Positions 1 to 12,700 of a DNA stretch of 64,000 nt are shown here, one piece after another. The notes under the pieces are model-generated. The model had not been told where the DNA came from. It was given only the letters and a program-made list of their open reading frames with translations, and did no database searches. The stretch is from Ruditapes philippinarum (taxonomy: Eukaryota), in assembly GCF_026571515.1 (NCBI RefSeq), contig NW_026855453.1:1-64000 (forward strand), in the 5' to 3' direction. How positions within the stretch are numbered: position 1 is the first letter of the stretch; the number at the start of each line of letters is the position of its first letter. Position numbers and translations under genes: made by a program.

Positions 1-480
1 TTTTTTTTTAGATTTACAAAATATACATATTTTAATTAATAAAATACTAATTGATCAATTCTTACAAGATTGGAACAGTAAAATGAACATATCCTCGAAA
101 GGAAAAAAAAGTACTGGCTTTCTAAAAATAGTATTGAATTAGAAAAATACCGTACCATACTCCCAATAAAATTAAGAATATCAATGTTTAAATTCCGGAC
201 AGGGAACAACCGGTTACCGGTCGAAATGGGCAGATGGATGCAATCTTTTGTTCCGCTCGAGTCTAGGAAATGCACGTTATGCTCTTTAAATGATCTAGGA
301 GACGAATATCAATATACCCTAGTCTGCCCATTTTCTCTCAATCCAGACAACTATTTATACCTCGTCGATTTTATTCAAGACCAAATACATTACTTTTCAA
401 AGAATTACTAAATACTAATTCATATAATATCCTTAACGAATCGCTAAGTTTTTTACAATAATTCTAAAAAAAATCAATAA
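1..480 (+). mobile_element. Degenerate 3' end of a non-LTR retrotransposon (RTE-X/CR1-like ORF2 C-terminus)
   Basis: ORF 184-411 reads KFRTGNNRLPVEMGRW...RKCTLC...GDEYQYTLVCP. This matches the C-terminal motif of the LINE at 52-55 kb (FRLSSHSLEIEVGRY...RICKAC...ESEYHFLLTCP). Frameshifted. Confidence 0.8.
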
Positions 481-1160
481 ATTTCAATGATATAATTGCT
501 ATTCGTTGAGCTATACTATTTATTATTATTTCACTATTATTATTTCTGTAAATCGTTATTACTCACCGATGCAAAGCCATCCACTTATTATATTTACACA
601 GTCTTGATCTTCGTATACTATTCTGTCTATATTTCGAACATTCCGCGAAAGGAAATAGATATAGTAAATTATATATTTTTTTCCCTTTTTATAGTCTGAT
701 TTTATTGACCTGTCAATTATGAATACATTATAGGACTCATTTAAATATTCGATCCCACTTCGGTTTGGTCCGTGTAGTTTACGAGAATTAATGTGGAGTA
801 TATTAGTCATGGATTGAAAGTCACGCCAGTTTAATGTAAAGGTTTTCGTTAATTCACAATATGACAGTCGGTAAAGAGAATGCCTGATAATTGAGAGGTC
901 TGTGGTTCGATCCTTATTGTTGCCATTGTTTTAGTACTCTTTCTTTATTTTTGCAGTATATTTCAATGGAACAGATTTGTAGTGTGTTTTACGGCATTGA
1001 AAAGACATTTATTGATTTTAATCCGTTTTAATTTTAAACATGAATTCTTAAAAACATGTTATTTAAAAAGAGTATATACATAACAAATTAAGTAAAACAT
1101 AATAAAAAAACGAACAACATAAAATAATCATAATTATACATGTACATGTATTTACCCGTA

Positions 1161-2138
1161 GTTTACCCTATTGCGCTATAACGGTCATTATAGCATAAAA
1201 TCGGCTATTTTTCCCTCTTTTGGCCATGTTATAACGGGACCAAAACCATGTGTTAACATAGTCACGCGCTCTTGTTATAGCCCAGTTTTACCTATGCGCA
1301 ATACATACAGGGCCCAGTAAACAAACAAAAAAAATGATGATTTGGCCTTGTTTGCCAAAGAGTCATGCACTTTTGTTATATTGAAATTATTGATTCGAGG
1401 GCATCAATCGCATAAGTAACGGCGAGCAGCATTCAAGTAACTATGCCGGAAATACGGCGTATAGACATCGCCGCTAATCTTAGTTGTCGCCCTTTCTAAG
1501 AAACGGACCGTTGTCAATGTAAACAAACCCTCCGATTAACTTACAAAACAAGATAGCACAAAATGAATATGAGAAAATGTTGTTTTATTGATATTTGTAT
1601 TGATTAATGGTCTTTATATTTCTTTGAGAGAATAATGTTTAGTGCCTGATTTTTTTATAAACTTGTGTGCTTGTAAAAAAAACGATTCTGATGTCATTGA
1701 TCTTTTTTATACCGTCAATCAGAAATAATTCTAGGAATTTCTGAGGGTCATGTTTCATCTTGGGTAGAGTAATTTAATGTGTATTTTTTGTTAAATCAAT
1801 TAAAATTCCTAATTTCGTTCGGTTCTGAGCATTTGTATTTCCAAAGATGTTGGCCCCGGAAAAATAAAACGCATACGTAAAACATAATAACGTAAATCAT
1901 GTAGAATTGGATAAATACCGTCCAAGCACAAGGATTTAATGTATGTGTTTTGTATTAAATCGACACCATGAATCTGTTTTAAAAGTTTATGCTATAATAG
2001 CGTCAACGCACGTTTATTTCGTGTTATAAAGTCTGCAGAGTCCCTCGGAACTGTTGGAGCCCTCGCCCTACAGGGGTCGGGCACCAACCGTTCCTCTTCA
2101 GACGTTATAACACGGAAAAACGTGCGTTAACCCTATAG
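1161..2138. mobile_element. Non-autonomous hairpin-ended DNA element (possibly Crypton-like)
   Basis: About 140-bp imperfect palindrome at 1997-2136 (aacgcacgtttatttcgtgttataaagtctg / cagacgttataacacggaaaaacgtgcgtt). The motif accctat recurs at both ends. Left boundary approximate. Confidence 0.5.
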
Positions 2139-2689
2139 TGTAACTAATTCATAGAAACAAGATAAATTTAATCACACCTTACTGCGTACATCTCACGGAA
2201 ATTACCGATCATTTATTTATATTAATATATTTTGTGCATTGACCGTATAATCAGTATGGAATTGACAGGTTAATAAACTGGACTGAACATATTCAAGCAG
2301 GAAGGAACCTGGAGCTCAATTCATAACTTCTCATTTCGTTTTCCTGGCCAAGTGAAATGGATTAAACAATTTATGTATTGTATTGACGTAATTTCTGAAT
2401 TCATGTTTTTAAGGCACCGCCATTACTTGTTCCGAGTTCCCATGTCTGTATTTTTTACTTGCAAAATCATTTTGTCTAAACTTCTGACAAACCTTAAAAT
2501 TCCAATTCTTACATCTGTTTTTTTGACAATCTATTTGCCCACATAAAATTTTTCTATTTTCTAATTAAGTCTGTTTATATTCATTGAAATGAATTTTAAA
2601 GCAAAAAAAATGACATCGTCGGATACCAACGGTTGAATAACATGTAACACAACATGTAATCCGATAAATGTTAATGGCTCGGTCGTGGG

Positions 2690-2965
2690 TATCGGACGAT
2701 GAGTAAAACTTGTGAAGTGAACAAAGAAAGTAGTTTACAAATTGCCACAAAAAGCACTTACAATCTATTTTAGTTATAAAAAAGAGGGCAGAATATGCAA
2801 AATAGCCATTACTGCGTTAATCAGGCAGTAGAAATTTTGTGATTAATACTGCAAAATCATCAATTCACATAACATGTGAATTATAACTTAAATCTTGTTT
2901 CGTTTCTTTTAATCATATATCATTTTTCTCAAGAAATACTTTGGCTACATTTGAGGCATTCAGTT
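2690..2965. mobile_element. Partial copy of the TTAA-flanked MITE family (see 17703-18049)
   Basis: Shares internal segments (gtgaacaaag, ttactgcgtta..gcagtagaaat, atactgcaaaatca, tttggct.cat.tg.aggc) with 17703-18049. Confidence 0.55.
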
Positions 2966-5019
2966 TTTGTTGTTATATTCCCTTCTTTATGCCGTTCTAA
3001 TAAACCATTTAAATTATCCATGTTTAATAGGTCATACTTAATAAAATAAAAAATAAACGAAACTGCTATAATCATTTATCACGCATTACTTAGAAGGGCA
3101 CATTTTTGTCTGTACCAAAATAACTCGCATGAACATGTTAGAACAGTGGTGGGAACTGTGTGCCGTCACTGTACCACCTACGTCGTGTTTTTATTTTTGT
3201 GTATGTTCGTGTGTGTTTTTTGTTTCTTTTTTTGTTGTTGTTTTTTTGTTGTTGATTTTTAATGTGCATCGCAACGCAATATTTGCAGCAAAAAACACGC
3301 TCTCTGCTTCTGGTAATTCTGATTTACAACGATTTCTTTCTTGTTTTTATTAATATTATCCTGTCCCTTTTGAGCAAATCTACACTCATTTATAAACCAC
3401 TATCTCTAATCTGCATTTTTTATTAAGAAAAGAAAATTCTTAAAAATTCGCCTCTGCAAATATAAATATAAGACACTGCTCTATGAGCTGTTGTTTTATG
3501 AAAATACTTGACAGAAACAGCTACTATTCTAACTTTGTTTTGCACTAAAACATGTTTTGAAATTTTACAGTTTCTATATTTACATTTAATCATAAACTTC
3601 GATTGTCCGGAGGCAAGTGTGTACAAACAACTATGCGGAAAACGAAATAATAAATAAATAAAGGGAAAAATATTTTTCGTATAAATCAAACATGAAAGAA
3701 ATAAATAGTTTGTATCGCGGCTTCCCGACACCTCTATTTCATTGGTTCGGTAAAAAACTGTACCCTATCATGAATGGATACTTTTAATGGATAATAAGCG
3801 CATTGATTTCATTTTTGATTGCACGAAAGCAATATAACATTGCCATTAGCGATTTAAATACGAAAAAAAGATAATTAAGCATAGATATATCCAAGTTTTC
3901 AATAATCACAAACAAAAGTGAGTTTTACGAAACAAATAATGTTTTGTCTAATTTGTATAAACAGCATCAGTTTAATAAAGCTCTTAAGACACTCCCTATG
4001 TAGTTTGCTTTGTGTTTGCTCTCTTCCTTCCTGCACAGCGCATCATAACATACTTCACAAATAAATATTTAGCATTTTAGATTCTCAATAGATGCATTTT
4101 TAACACAAATCGCTCAGCAGTGAGCTTTTGTGATAAAAAATAAAAAAAAACATTTTTCTTTAATTACATGGATTTTGACCAAACAGGAACAACCCTTATG
4201 CAGCCGTCTTCAAAAGTTATCGATAAATATGTACACCAGGCATATACTGAATGTCTTATCATTTCTTGAATACATTTTATGTTTCTGCAAGTAAATTTAC
4301 AACTCGACTCGCACACAGAGCGACAATCTTAAAGTTAACTATGAACTTTAAATATAACACCCAGATGAAATTTTCTATACTTAATGATTCTAACCATAAT
4401 ATGGACTTGTGTTCCGTTGTGCGCACTATTTACTTGAAATACTTATTTCCTTTACTTTGCTACGTTTTGCTTTGCTTTGCTTTGCTATAGCATTAAACCA
4501 TGTAATTTGTGCAACGTGTAGTTGATAAAAATCTAACGCACGTAATTGAAAGTGCAAGTGTCTTTTGCGGATTCGGCCAATAAAACGATGAAGTTACTGG
4601 AGAGGTCATTACACCTTTCTACAGTATTAACCTTTCTACAGAGAACGATTGCTGGGTGCATCCATCTTTTACGTATCAACTTAAGGTAACGAATCTAATT
4701 TAAAAGTCTAAATCATTTCAAGCCTAAAATCATAAGAACCAGTCTAAAAAATTGTCATACGCATGCCAAGTTTCAAAATATGACTTTATTTAAACTTTAA
4801 AAAATAACATCGAGGTGAGCAAATCGGTAATAGTTGTTAAAAATCGGAAAATATCATTTGAACGGGTGTTGAACAATATAACAAATATTCTACGGCTACA
4901 AAAAAAAACAGCAACAAAAAACTCTCGCATGCTTCTTTTTCAAAAGAAAGCTTGTGTCATTACGCTTGAATTTCTTAAACACTATGTCTTAATAAAATTA
5001 TATTTATCACAAACCTCAA

Positions 5020-5296
5020 AAGCTGCACGCCTCCAGATGAGCTAAAATATTTCTAGAAATTCAATCTTTACATGTTATATGCGATTAATGACCGATTTTG
5101 CAGTATCAATCTCATTAATTATACTGCATTACTAACGCAGTAAGAGGCATTTATGTATATTTTGATGTCGTTTTGGTTAACGTGGATTGTCAGGGTGGTT
5201 TGCAAGTTGTACATTACTGTCTTTGTTCACTTCACAATATTTCACTTTTAAATACATTTTCAAAATTTGCATGAAAATTAGCATAAATCTGGAGGA
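5020..5296. mobile_element. Copy of the TTAA-flanked MITE family, opposite orientation
   Basis: Begins agctgcacgcctccagat and ends atctggagg. The internal ttactaacgcagtaag is the reverse complement of the segment at about 17866-17888. Confidence 0.65.
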
Positions 5297-6705
5297 TTTT
5301 ATCGAGAAAGATATTCAGAAGAAGGAAGTGGAATATAACTGAAATTTCAAGTATCGTTTTTGAACAGAGACGTCAATATTTTTAATTTTTGGCATACTTT
5401 TGAGATTCCGTTTTTCTCTATTCCATATCAGTTCTTGCCAATCCTAAAGTCAATAAGCTATAAATGACACTGATAAGGGGACTTCTAGAATATTTTTCTT
5501 TCCAAATAGCATATACATGTACTTAAACGTGGAAAATAAGTTTCGGCATTTTTTTTATAACCAAGCCTTTTCTAAAGTGAAAAAATTCTTAGCCGGAAAA
5601 TATTTGAAACGTCGCACAAGTGAGATAAGACGTTAGCTTGTCAACGATGGATTTTTGACTATCATTTCTCGTTCGTTTCTTAATTATTGTAAAGCTCTTT
5701 CAAGTATTTTGTAGAATTACCTTGTGATGATATAATACGAGATATCGTAAGATAGACAAGACCCCTAAACAAGTTGTTCCATTGAACGAAAGGAATCTCC
5801 ATACGTCAGAATTATTAAAGTAAACTTATCTTGGCAGTACAAATATGAGTTTTGTATCTTGAAACAACTGTTAATTATCGCCCTTTCTCTGATGATGCAA
5901 CTCAAATTTCACTAAAATGTCATCAGTAATGTGTTAGTTTAAGTAATCAGACTATCGTTGTTATTCTAAATATTCATACATATTCTCGGGTTTATTGAAA
6001 GCGTTAATTTTTATTCCGTTCGGCTTGCGAGCAAGTTATTTGTCTACGAAGAGCTTTACTTTCTTTGGTGTAATCGATGTTCAATTGTTTATCTTTGTCA
6101 TCGACATTCTCACATCACCGACCAATACTTTTACAAGAAAGATTTTGCCTTGGTAGGAGAGGTCTTATATCTTAACGTGCTTCTTTTTGGTGTTACCAAA
6201 ATCAAATATTTATTGTAATTAGCAAGTTTGAAATCTATTCAAATATGTATGGCCCTAACGCAGTGTAATCAACACAAACAATTTATGACAAGGCGTTGAG
6301 CAAAGTCTTTAGTTGATAACTCGTTTAGACACAACAACAGGATCAATAGGGACAAAATACAGAGACACAAATCGTTGAAAAAAAGTTTTTATTTCTGATT
6401 AGTTATAATTAAACATAAACGTTGAAGAAGAAAGAAATAGTTAGTAAAAGCTACAGCAAAATGAATCTCTTAATATAAAATACGAGTACATTTTCAATCG
6501 CATAACATATATGTTATAGACTTTTGTCATGTTAAATTGCAAGAAATCTATGTTTCATATCTTTATAAATGATTCGGCAAAGAATAGTAAAGTTCATTAC
6601 AGATATAGGTATATAATCACATTCAAAAAAGTAAGTCATTGAAAATATACGGTAATTTAAATTTGTTTTGAAAATAAACCTTTAGAAGCAAAAAAACATA
6701 TTGGT

Positions 6706-9624
6706 TTATTTTCTCCTTATCGGACATATTGGATTGAAACGGCCTGGAACACAATATATTTTGCACCCATACGCGTAATATGATCGGACGAGCCTTCCCG
6801 TGGTTCTGCAGTAGATTCTGACGTAACAAAGATAAGCGCATGGATATCTGTAGGGAACGCAGCGAACATATCTGTAATAGGACGGACATACATATCGTTT
6901 CTCCACACCACCGCTCTGTCTTTGTACCTCTACAATTGAAAGCACAAGTTTAAAGTTACCATAACACTCGATTCAAAATAAGTAATCATTTAAGACTTTT
7001 GTATGGCGCTGGTGAATATAAGTACCTTAAAAGTTCCTTATGTTTTTATTTATAAATTACATTAAATGGCTCGAAGAAAATATGTCTATATGAACGTTTA
7101 AATTGTTTGAAATAACAATGGAATACATAATATAAAAAATTTAGAAAGTGATTTAACAAAATATTACTTTTCATCCAATAGATTTTTGTTCCCCTTCACA
7201 TTCTTTCAACCTTTTCAGACGTAGGTATTATGTTGATGAATGTAGTTGCCTTAAAAGTGTCTGATGATTTTACTATTAGTTTACATAAAATGACTCGAAG
7301 AATATCTATATGATATATTTATTCGATCGAATTAACAATGTGATACATATAAACATAAGTGAATTTAACAATAATTACTTTTCATCCAATAGATTTTTGT
7401 TCCCCTGCACATTCTTTCAACCTTTTCAGAAATCAGATATTGCGGAACCTCGGTATCTGTCCTTACCCACTCTTGCTTCTCAGCCTCTCTTTCCTCGTTA
7501 TCCTCATTTTGGTGGATGTCAACCTGTGCATAAAACAACCACATGTGCTTTTTTTTTACCTTTTTTCAAATTACAAATTTTTCAGTTTTTACATTTTGTA
7601 TTTTAAAGAAACTATTTTATACTTCAACAAACCATTTAACAATTTTGTGTTAAAACGGCCGTTAGTTTAAGGATTTCTGTTTGTTTCTCTATATTTGAAT
7701 AAAGATTGACAAAGATGATTGTTTTTGCACATGAATTCGATTTCAAATATTTAATCAAAAATTTTTAATAATGTCCTGGGAATTCGATAACCAATGATTT
7801 TTGTCCAGGAAATATAAAGGAATCACGTTTAACAGCCAGTTTTTATGTATATAGATTAATATAGTAGTATACCTCTCCACTTGAATAATCGTTAGGGTCT
7901 CGACTTGGAGCTTCGGTCTCATTAATATGCTGTGCAATACATTCGCTTTGTGTATTGCTCTCTCTATCAACAAACCGTGTCACAACTATGCCCTGAAATA
8001 ATTACATAAACAACATTTTGTCCCTACTTGTATACGACGGTACAATATGATATTATAACAATGAATACATGATTTAAATCACATACATGTAACTGACCAT
8101 TTAATCAACAGCAAGTAAGTAAGTAGAGGATTGTTTATACCTACTCTCCAACATATCAGCTAAAATAATCATAAAGGACATTTTATATAACGTGTTTGAA
8201 GAGGAGGGTCATCTATAGATAAATTACATTCTGGTTTATATTCAGTTCATCTACATGGTCAACTTACATTTTTGTAATCATAGATGACCCCAGCCACATT
8301 AGGAATCCGCACGTCAACCTCTGTTTTGGTTACATTAGTTTCCTCTTCAATTACTTCCCCTTTGTCGGATTTGAATGTTTGCCGTACAGTCTATGTTATA
8401 TGGAATAAAATATGAATTTCAAAGTAATAATTTATGAACTCAGATCCTTTTTTGAAAATTAAAAAAAATGCAACAGAGAAATTATACTTATACAAAATTG
8501 AGAAGAATGGTTTTAATCAAATTCGATCAGGTGGTCTAGTACTAAATGTATTTCAGTAAGGATTACTGACAAATATGTCCAGAATATTATGACATTTCAA
8601 AATCACATAAAATAACAACCTTAAAACATTAACAGCAATTAGTAAACAATGGACTTTGCAATTAAATATGAAAAATAAAACAAAATAAAAAAGGGCCTAC
8701 CTTGAACGATTCTGTTGTTATTTCCGATCCAAAATAAACAGACACAAGGATAATAGTTGCAACAGCTGCCACGGCAACGACACCAGTTACCACTCCAACT
8801 ATTATTCTTTTATTTGAAAATCCCTTTGATGCTTCATTTTGAACCTTGAAACAATACATATGACATAATTTGATACAATTAAGTAAATATATTTGCGTCT
8901 TAATAATGCAATTAAGGTTATGTGTTGCCATTTCCAAGGAAACACAAAATGAAATATATACCCATATTCCTGTCTAAAATGTCATCGGACAACCATTGTA
9001 AGGTTAAATATTTATTCATTTCTTAGGTCTGGACCTTTTTTGCCATGTTCTGTATTTAAAGAAACTAGATTATTTCGCGAAAATTCAGAGCACTTATTTA
9101 ACGAGAAAAAAAAGAAACTGGTGTAGTGATATCTTTCCTTAACTTGGAACAACACATTTAATGTAACGTTTTTATTACAAGGCACACTACAAATAGTACT
9201 AATACATCCAGACGTTTTTAAGTCTAACATAGTCTGACATAATAACTAAACAGTTGTTATTATTAATAAGATTAAATTAAATGAAAAGAAAAATAACAAA
9301 CATATTGTCAATTCGTAAATTGTAAATGAACATATGGTCCATATGTTCATAATTTTCAGAATTGATTTGTATGTCCACTGGCGATGAGCTGAATTTTGCG
9401 ATCTTATTCATTACAAATTAATAAGTATCAATCCAGCACTTAAATTTATATTTGTGCCACATTTATTTTGCAACTCTCATGAAAATAAATGATGAATTTG
9501 CACAGCAAAATATATTGATAAATATATATAAAAAAAGTAACTTAAATACCTTTTCATGCGCATTCGTTCCAATCACCGTGCCAATATCAGTCTTTCCAGT
9601 TTCCATTCCTAAAGCTGGTTTCAT
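6706..9624 (-). CDS. BRICHOS-domain type II membrane precursor with a C-terminal Cys/Tyr/Arg-rich cationic peptide (putative antimicrobial peptide precursor), about 276 aa
   Basis: Exons complement(join(9550-9624, 8701-8844, 8268-8390, 7873-7992, 7379-7523, 6706-6929)). All introns are GT-AG with phases 0,0,0,0,1; 831 nt open. Layout: cytosolic N-tail, TM IIVGVVTGVVAVAAVATIILVSVYF, BRICHOS motifs VIYDYKNGIVVTR...C and LISEKVERMCRGTKIYWM, EKR site, then a 62-aa 8-Cys peptide. AATAAA on the minus strand at 6388-6393. Confidence 0.88.
7025..7430. repeat. About 200-bp tandem duplication covering the 3' end of BRICHOS exon 5 and the adjacent intron
   Basis: 7025-7219 resembles 7249-7430. The exon-derived part is near-identical. 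Confidence 0.8.
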
Positions 9625-9679
9625 CAGTAAACTATCAGAGAACAATATCTAACTTTGCTCGTTTGTTGATCACTGAGCT

Positions 9680-9775
9680 TATTGAAGGAGACTCTCGGAC
9701 TGTTGGCTTAAATACCTGCCCAAAGTCTGTCGGGTATGGCTCGGGGATTTTAAGTTTTAAACAATAGCCAATCAA
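9680..9775 (-). promoter_or_regulatory. Putative core promoter of the BRICHOS gene
   Basis: TATTTAA on the minus strand at 9714-9708, about 30 nt before an Inr-like TCAAT. CCAAT box (agccaatca) near 9766-9774. Confidence 0.4.
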
Positions 9776-10292
9776 AATGTAACATTTATATCATCAACAC
9801 GATCTGTTGAGAGTATTTCAAATATTTTGCAATAGCTTTTTTGCGTTATATCTTTCAATAGTAAAAGGGCTACCAGTTTTATATGTTCTTTGAAGTCCAT
9901 CTTGAACATTTTTCGGGTTAAAACTAATATATAAATAATACCCTTCTTACAAAAAATCAGGAAATTGCAAAATACTTGCTCTGCCTTCTGCGTTGATAAA
10001 GCGAATTTTATTTTGGTAACAAAAATACAACTATTTACACATATACTAGTATTGAACTAAGTATGTTTCAACTTTTTCAGACCAGAATTTATTTTGCGGG
10101 ATTTATAAATCAGTAAAGAATTATAACAAAACAAATCATGGGGTACAAGGCGCATACGTCGTACATTGCCAAATTAAAGGTAACGTTGCAGAATATAAAG
10201 GTGTTTGTTATAGATAATTTAATATTGGTTGAAACATTACAATATAATCATGATACAATACGAGAGTGATGACAAACAAGGAAGATTAAGAG

Positions 10293-10900
10293 ATTAATAC
10301 ACGGCAGAGTAGGGCCGGAAGGTGATTATCGGCCCGCAAAATGAATAATGGCCCCGAGGGCATTATTCATTTCAGGGCCGATTATCACATTCCGGTCCTT
10401 CTCTGACGTGTATTAATGTCTTTAATACACTTGATCTAATAGTAGCATTAAAAAACAAAAAACAACAACTACTTTGAAGTTCTTTCGTTGAAATTCTTGT
10501 ACACTTCTGTTCTGTACAGAGATGTTTACTGTTGTGTGTTCAAAGCAGTAGAATCTAGAAGTAAGTCTTATTTTCATTTTTTTCGGAATGAATTTGTCGT
10601 ATTATTTCTTCAAATTATAGTAACAATAGTAACAAAAATGTGTTTGTACTAAATACGCTTAAGCTCTCATAATAAAAATAAAGCGATTCGTGCTGACAAC
10701 CTACTTTCACTTTAACAGATAACTGTTTGATGACGTTAAATATGACGTCATTGCTTCAGTTTGTGCACGTGCACATGTTCTGCGGGCTGATAACTAGTTC
10801 TCGGCCCCGGGCCGCAAACTCATAATAGGTCACGTGACACTCATAATAAGTTGAAATCATAGGCAATTTTGTTACTATATATAGTAACAAGTGTATTAAT
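10293..10900. mobile_element. Non-autonomous hairpin-ended DNA element (possibly Crypton-like)
   Basis: 125-bp palindrome at 10293-10417 bounded by attaatacac/gtgtattaat. A second inverted pair, ttaatacacttg (10422) / caagtgtattaa (10888-10899), encloses the rest. Confidence 0.65.
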
Positions 10901-12463
10901 GCAGTCGTACACATCTATACATAAAACTGTCATCCAACGCAGCCACTACACAGGATCAGTGCATTTAATGGGGAGTGCACTTCAGGTTGAACAAGGAAGG
11001 AATTCATTATAACATACATTTTAGAATTTTTTTAAAAAATCAAGTGTTAGCAATTTATGTTTAAGTTTGTTCTGCGCGTAAAAGTGCAATTCACGCGTTA
11101 AGTGGATTTAGTCCTTCTTAAGATTATTTGCAGAGAGATAAAAAAATAAATCTTATTAGAATGTATAAACCTACCTATGATTTTTGTTTAATAAATGTTC
11201 ATATTATTTCAATTATTGTTAACTTTTATTAGTTTCGATTTCTGTTGTTACAAGACTAACTGAAAAAGGTCTACCTACATCAATGTTAAATGGCAGTTTA
11301 AAGCTATTTTTTTGTCTTAATTACATATTTGATTATAGGATAACTGTTTTTTTTCAAGGAAGTATGTGTGAACGTGATGGAATGTGAAGATTCATCATAA
11401 TTTCGGCGAAATCAAATCATCTTAAATATCCGAAATATAATTTATGAATACCTTGAACAGCAAACTACCCAATGAAAATTATCAACATAACCTTGCCAAA
11501 AATAAACGTAATGTTTTTTGTTCTTTTGCGTTTGAGTATTTTAACAAATGAAAAAGTACAACTGCACATTTTCAATGTCTGAATTTAATGAAGAGAAACG
11601 TTTAATATCCAATCATAAATGGTTACTAATGTTGTGAAATCCGGGACATTCTTTACCTCTTTCATAACATTTGCAAATATTAAGCAATGAACGTTACATT
11701 AAATATATAGCTTCATCTATTTTAAACCGATTTTCTCATAAATTTTAAAATCTTATACTCATTTGTTTATTGTAGCATTTTCTATGTTCATAATAGTCGT
11801 AGAAAGTATATAACTTTTCTTTAAATATCATTAATTTTACCATCCCCAACAATTAAGTTTTAAGAGGATAAATCAGCTTTGCCCGTCTATTTTGTCGTCC
11901 GTCCGTCTTGGCGCTTCTTATGGGCAGGACTTTAAATGTATTGAAGGTAACAAATTGAAACTGCATAATTATGATGAGGACAATTGGTGAAATGCAATTT
12001 CTTTTGCATAGATTCAAAGCTATTTTCCTTTGTCATTGTCATAAAAAATGTTTGAAATATTAGATTATTATATATCATTTAGAAAGAAAAAACTAGAAAT
12101 CCTTTCTGCACAATTTTGGAGGTTTATGCCAATTGTATTTTTTCTGCTAACATTTTTCTTTGGCATATCTCAGAATTTAATACATGGTATTAAACAAGGT
12201 GTTTTTGTTAGTGTTTTCTTATTTGTTTTCTCTTGTTTATTACAGATAAAAGCACGTAAAGTACTAATTGAAAACGATATATTTAATTTAACATAGCAGA
12301 ATAATACTTTTTAAATGCTTTTCCATATCACTCGAAGACCTTTTTTTTGGTGGAAAACACGTTCTCTATTGTACATTACATAACAACGCTACTGCACTTA
12401 TCAGTATAATTCTTTATGTTCTGAACAAAAAATTTGTATGAATGAGAAAATATAACGAATAAA

Positions 12464-12700
12464 TGAGCCGTGTCATGACAAAACCAACATAGTGGGTTTG
12501 CGACCAGCATGGATCCAGACCAGCCTGCGCATCCGCACAGTCCGATCTGGATCCATGGTGTTCGCTATCAGATTCTCTACTTGTCATAGAGTTTGTAAGC
12601 GAACAGCATGGATCCTGATCAGACTGCGCGGATGCGCAGGCTGGTCTGGATCCATGCTGGTCGCAAACCAACTGTGTTGGTTTTGTCGTGACGCGGCTCA
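12464..12700. mobile_element. Palindromic MITE family A, copy 1
   Basis: TIR tgagccgtgtcatgacaaaaccaac / gttggttttgtcgtgacgcggctca. Almost fully palindromic; four copies in the window. Confidence 0.9.

Noticed and set aside
7196-7198. TGA in place of Cys as a selenocysteine codon
   Set aside because: It lies in a partial duplicate with no upstream acceptor and I saw no SECIS element; a nonsense change is simpler.
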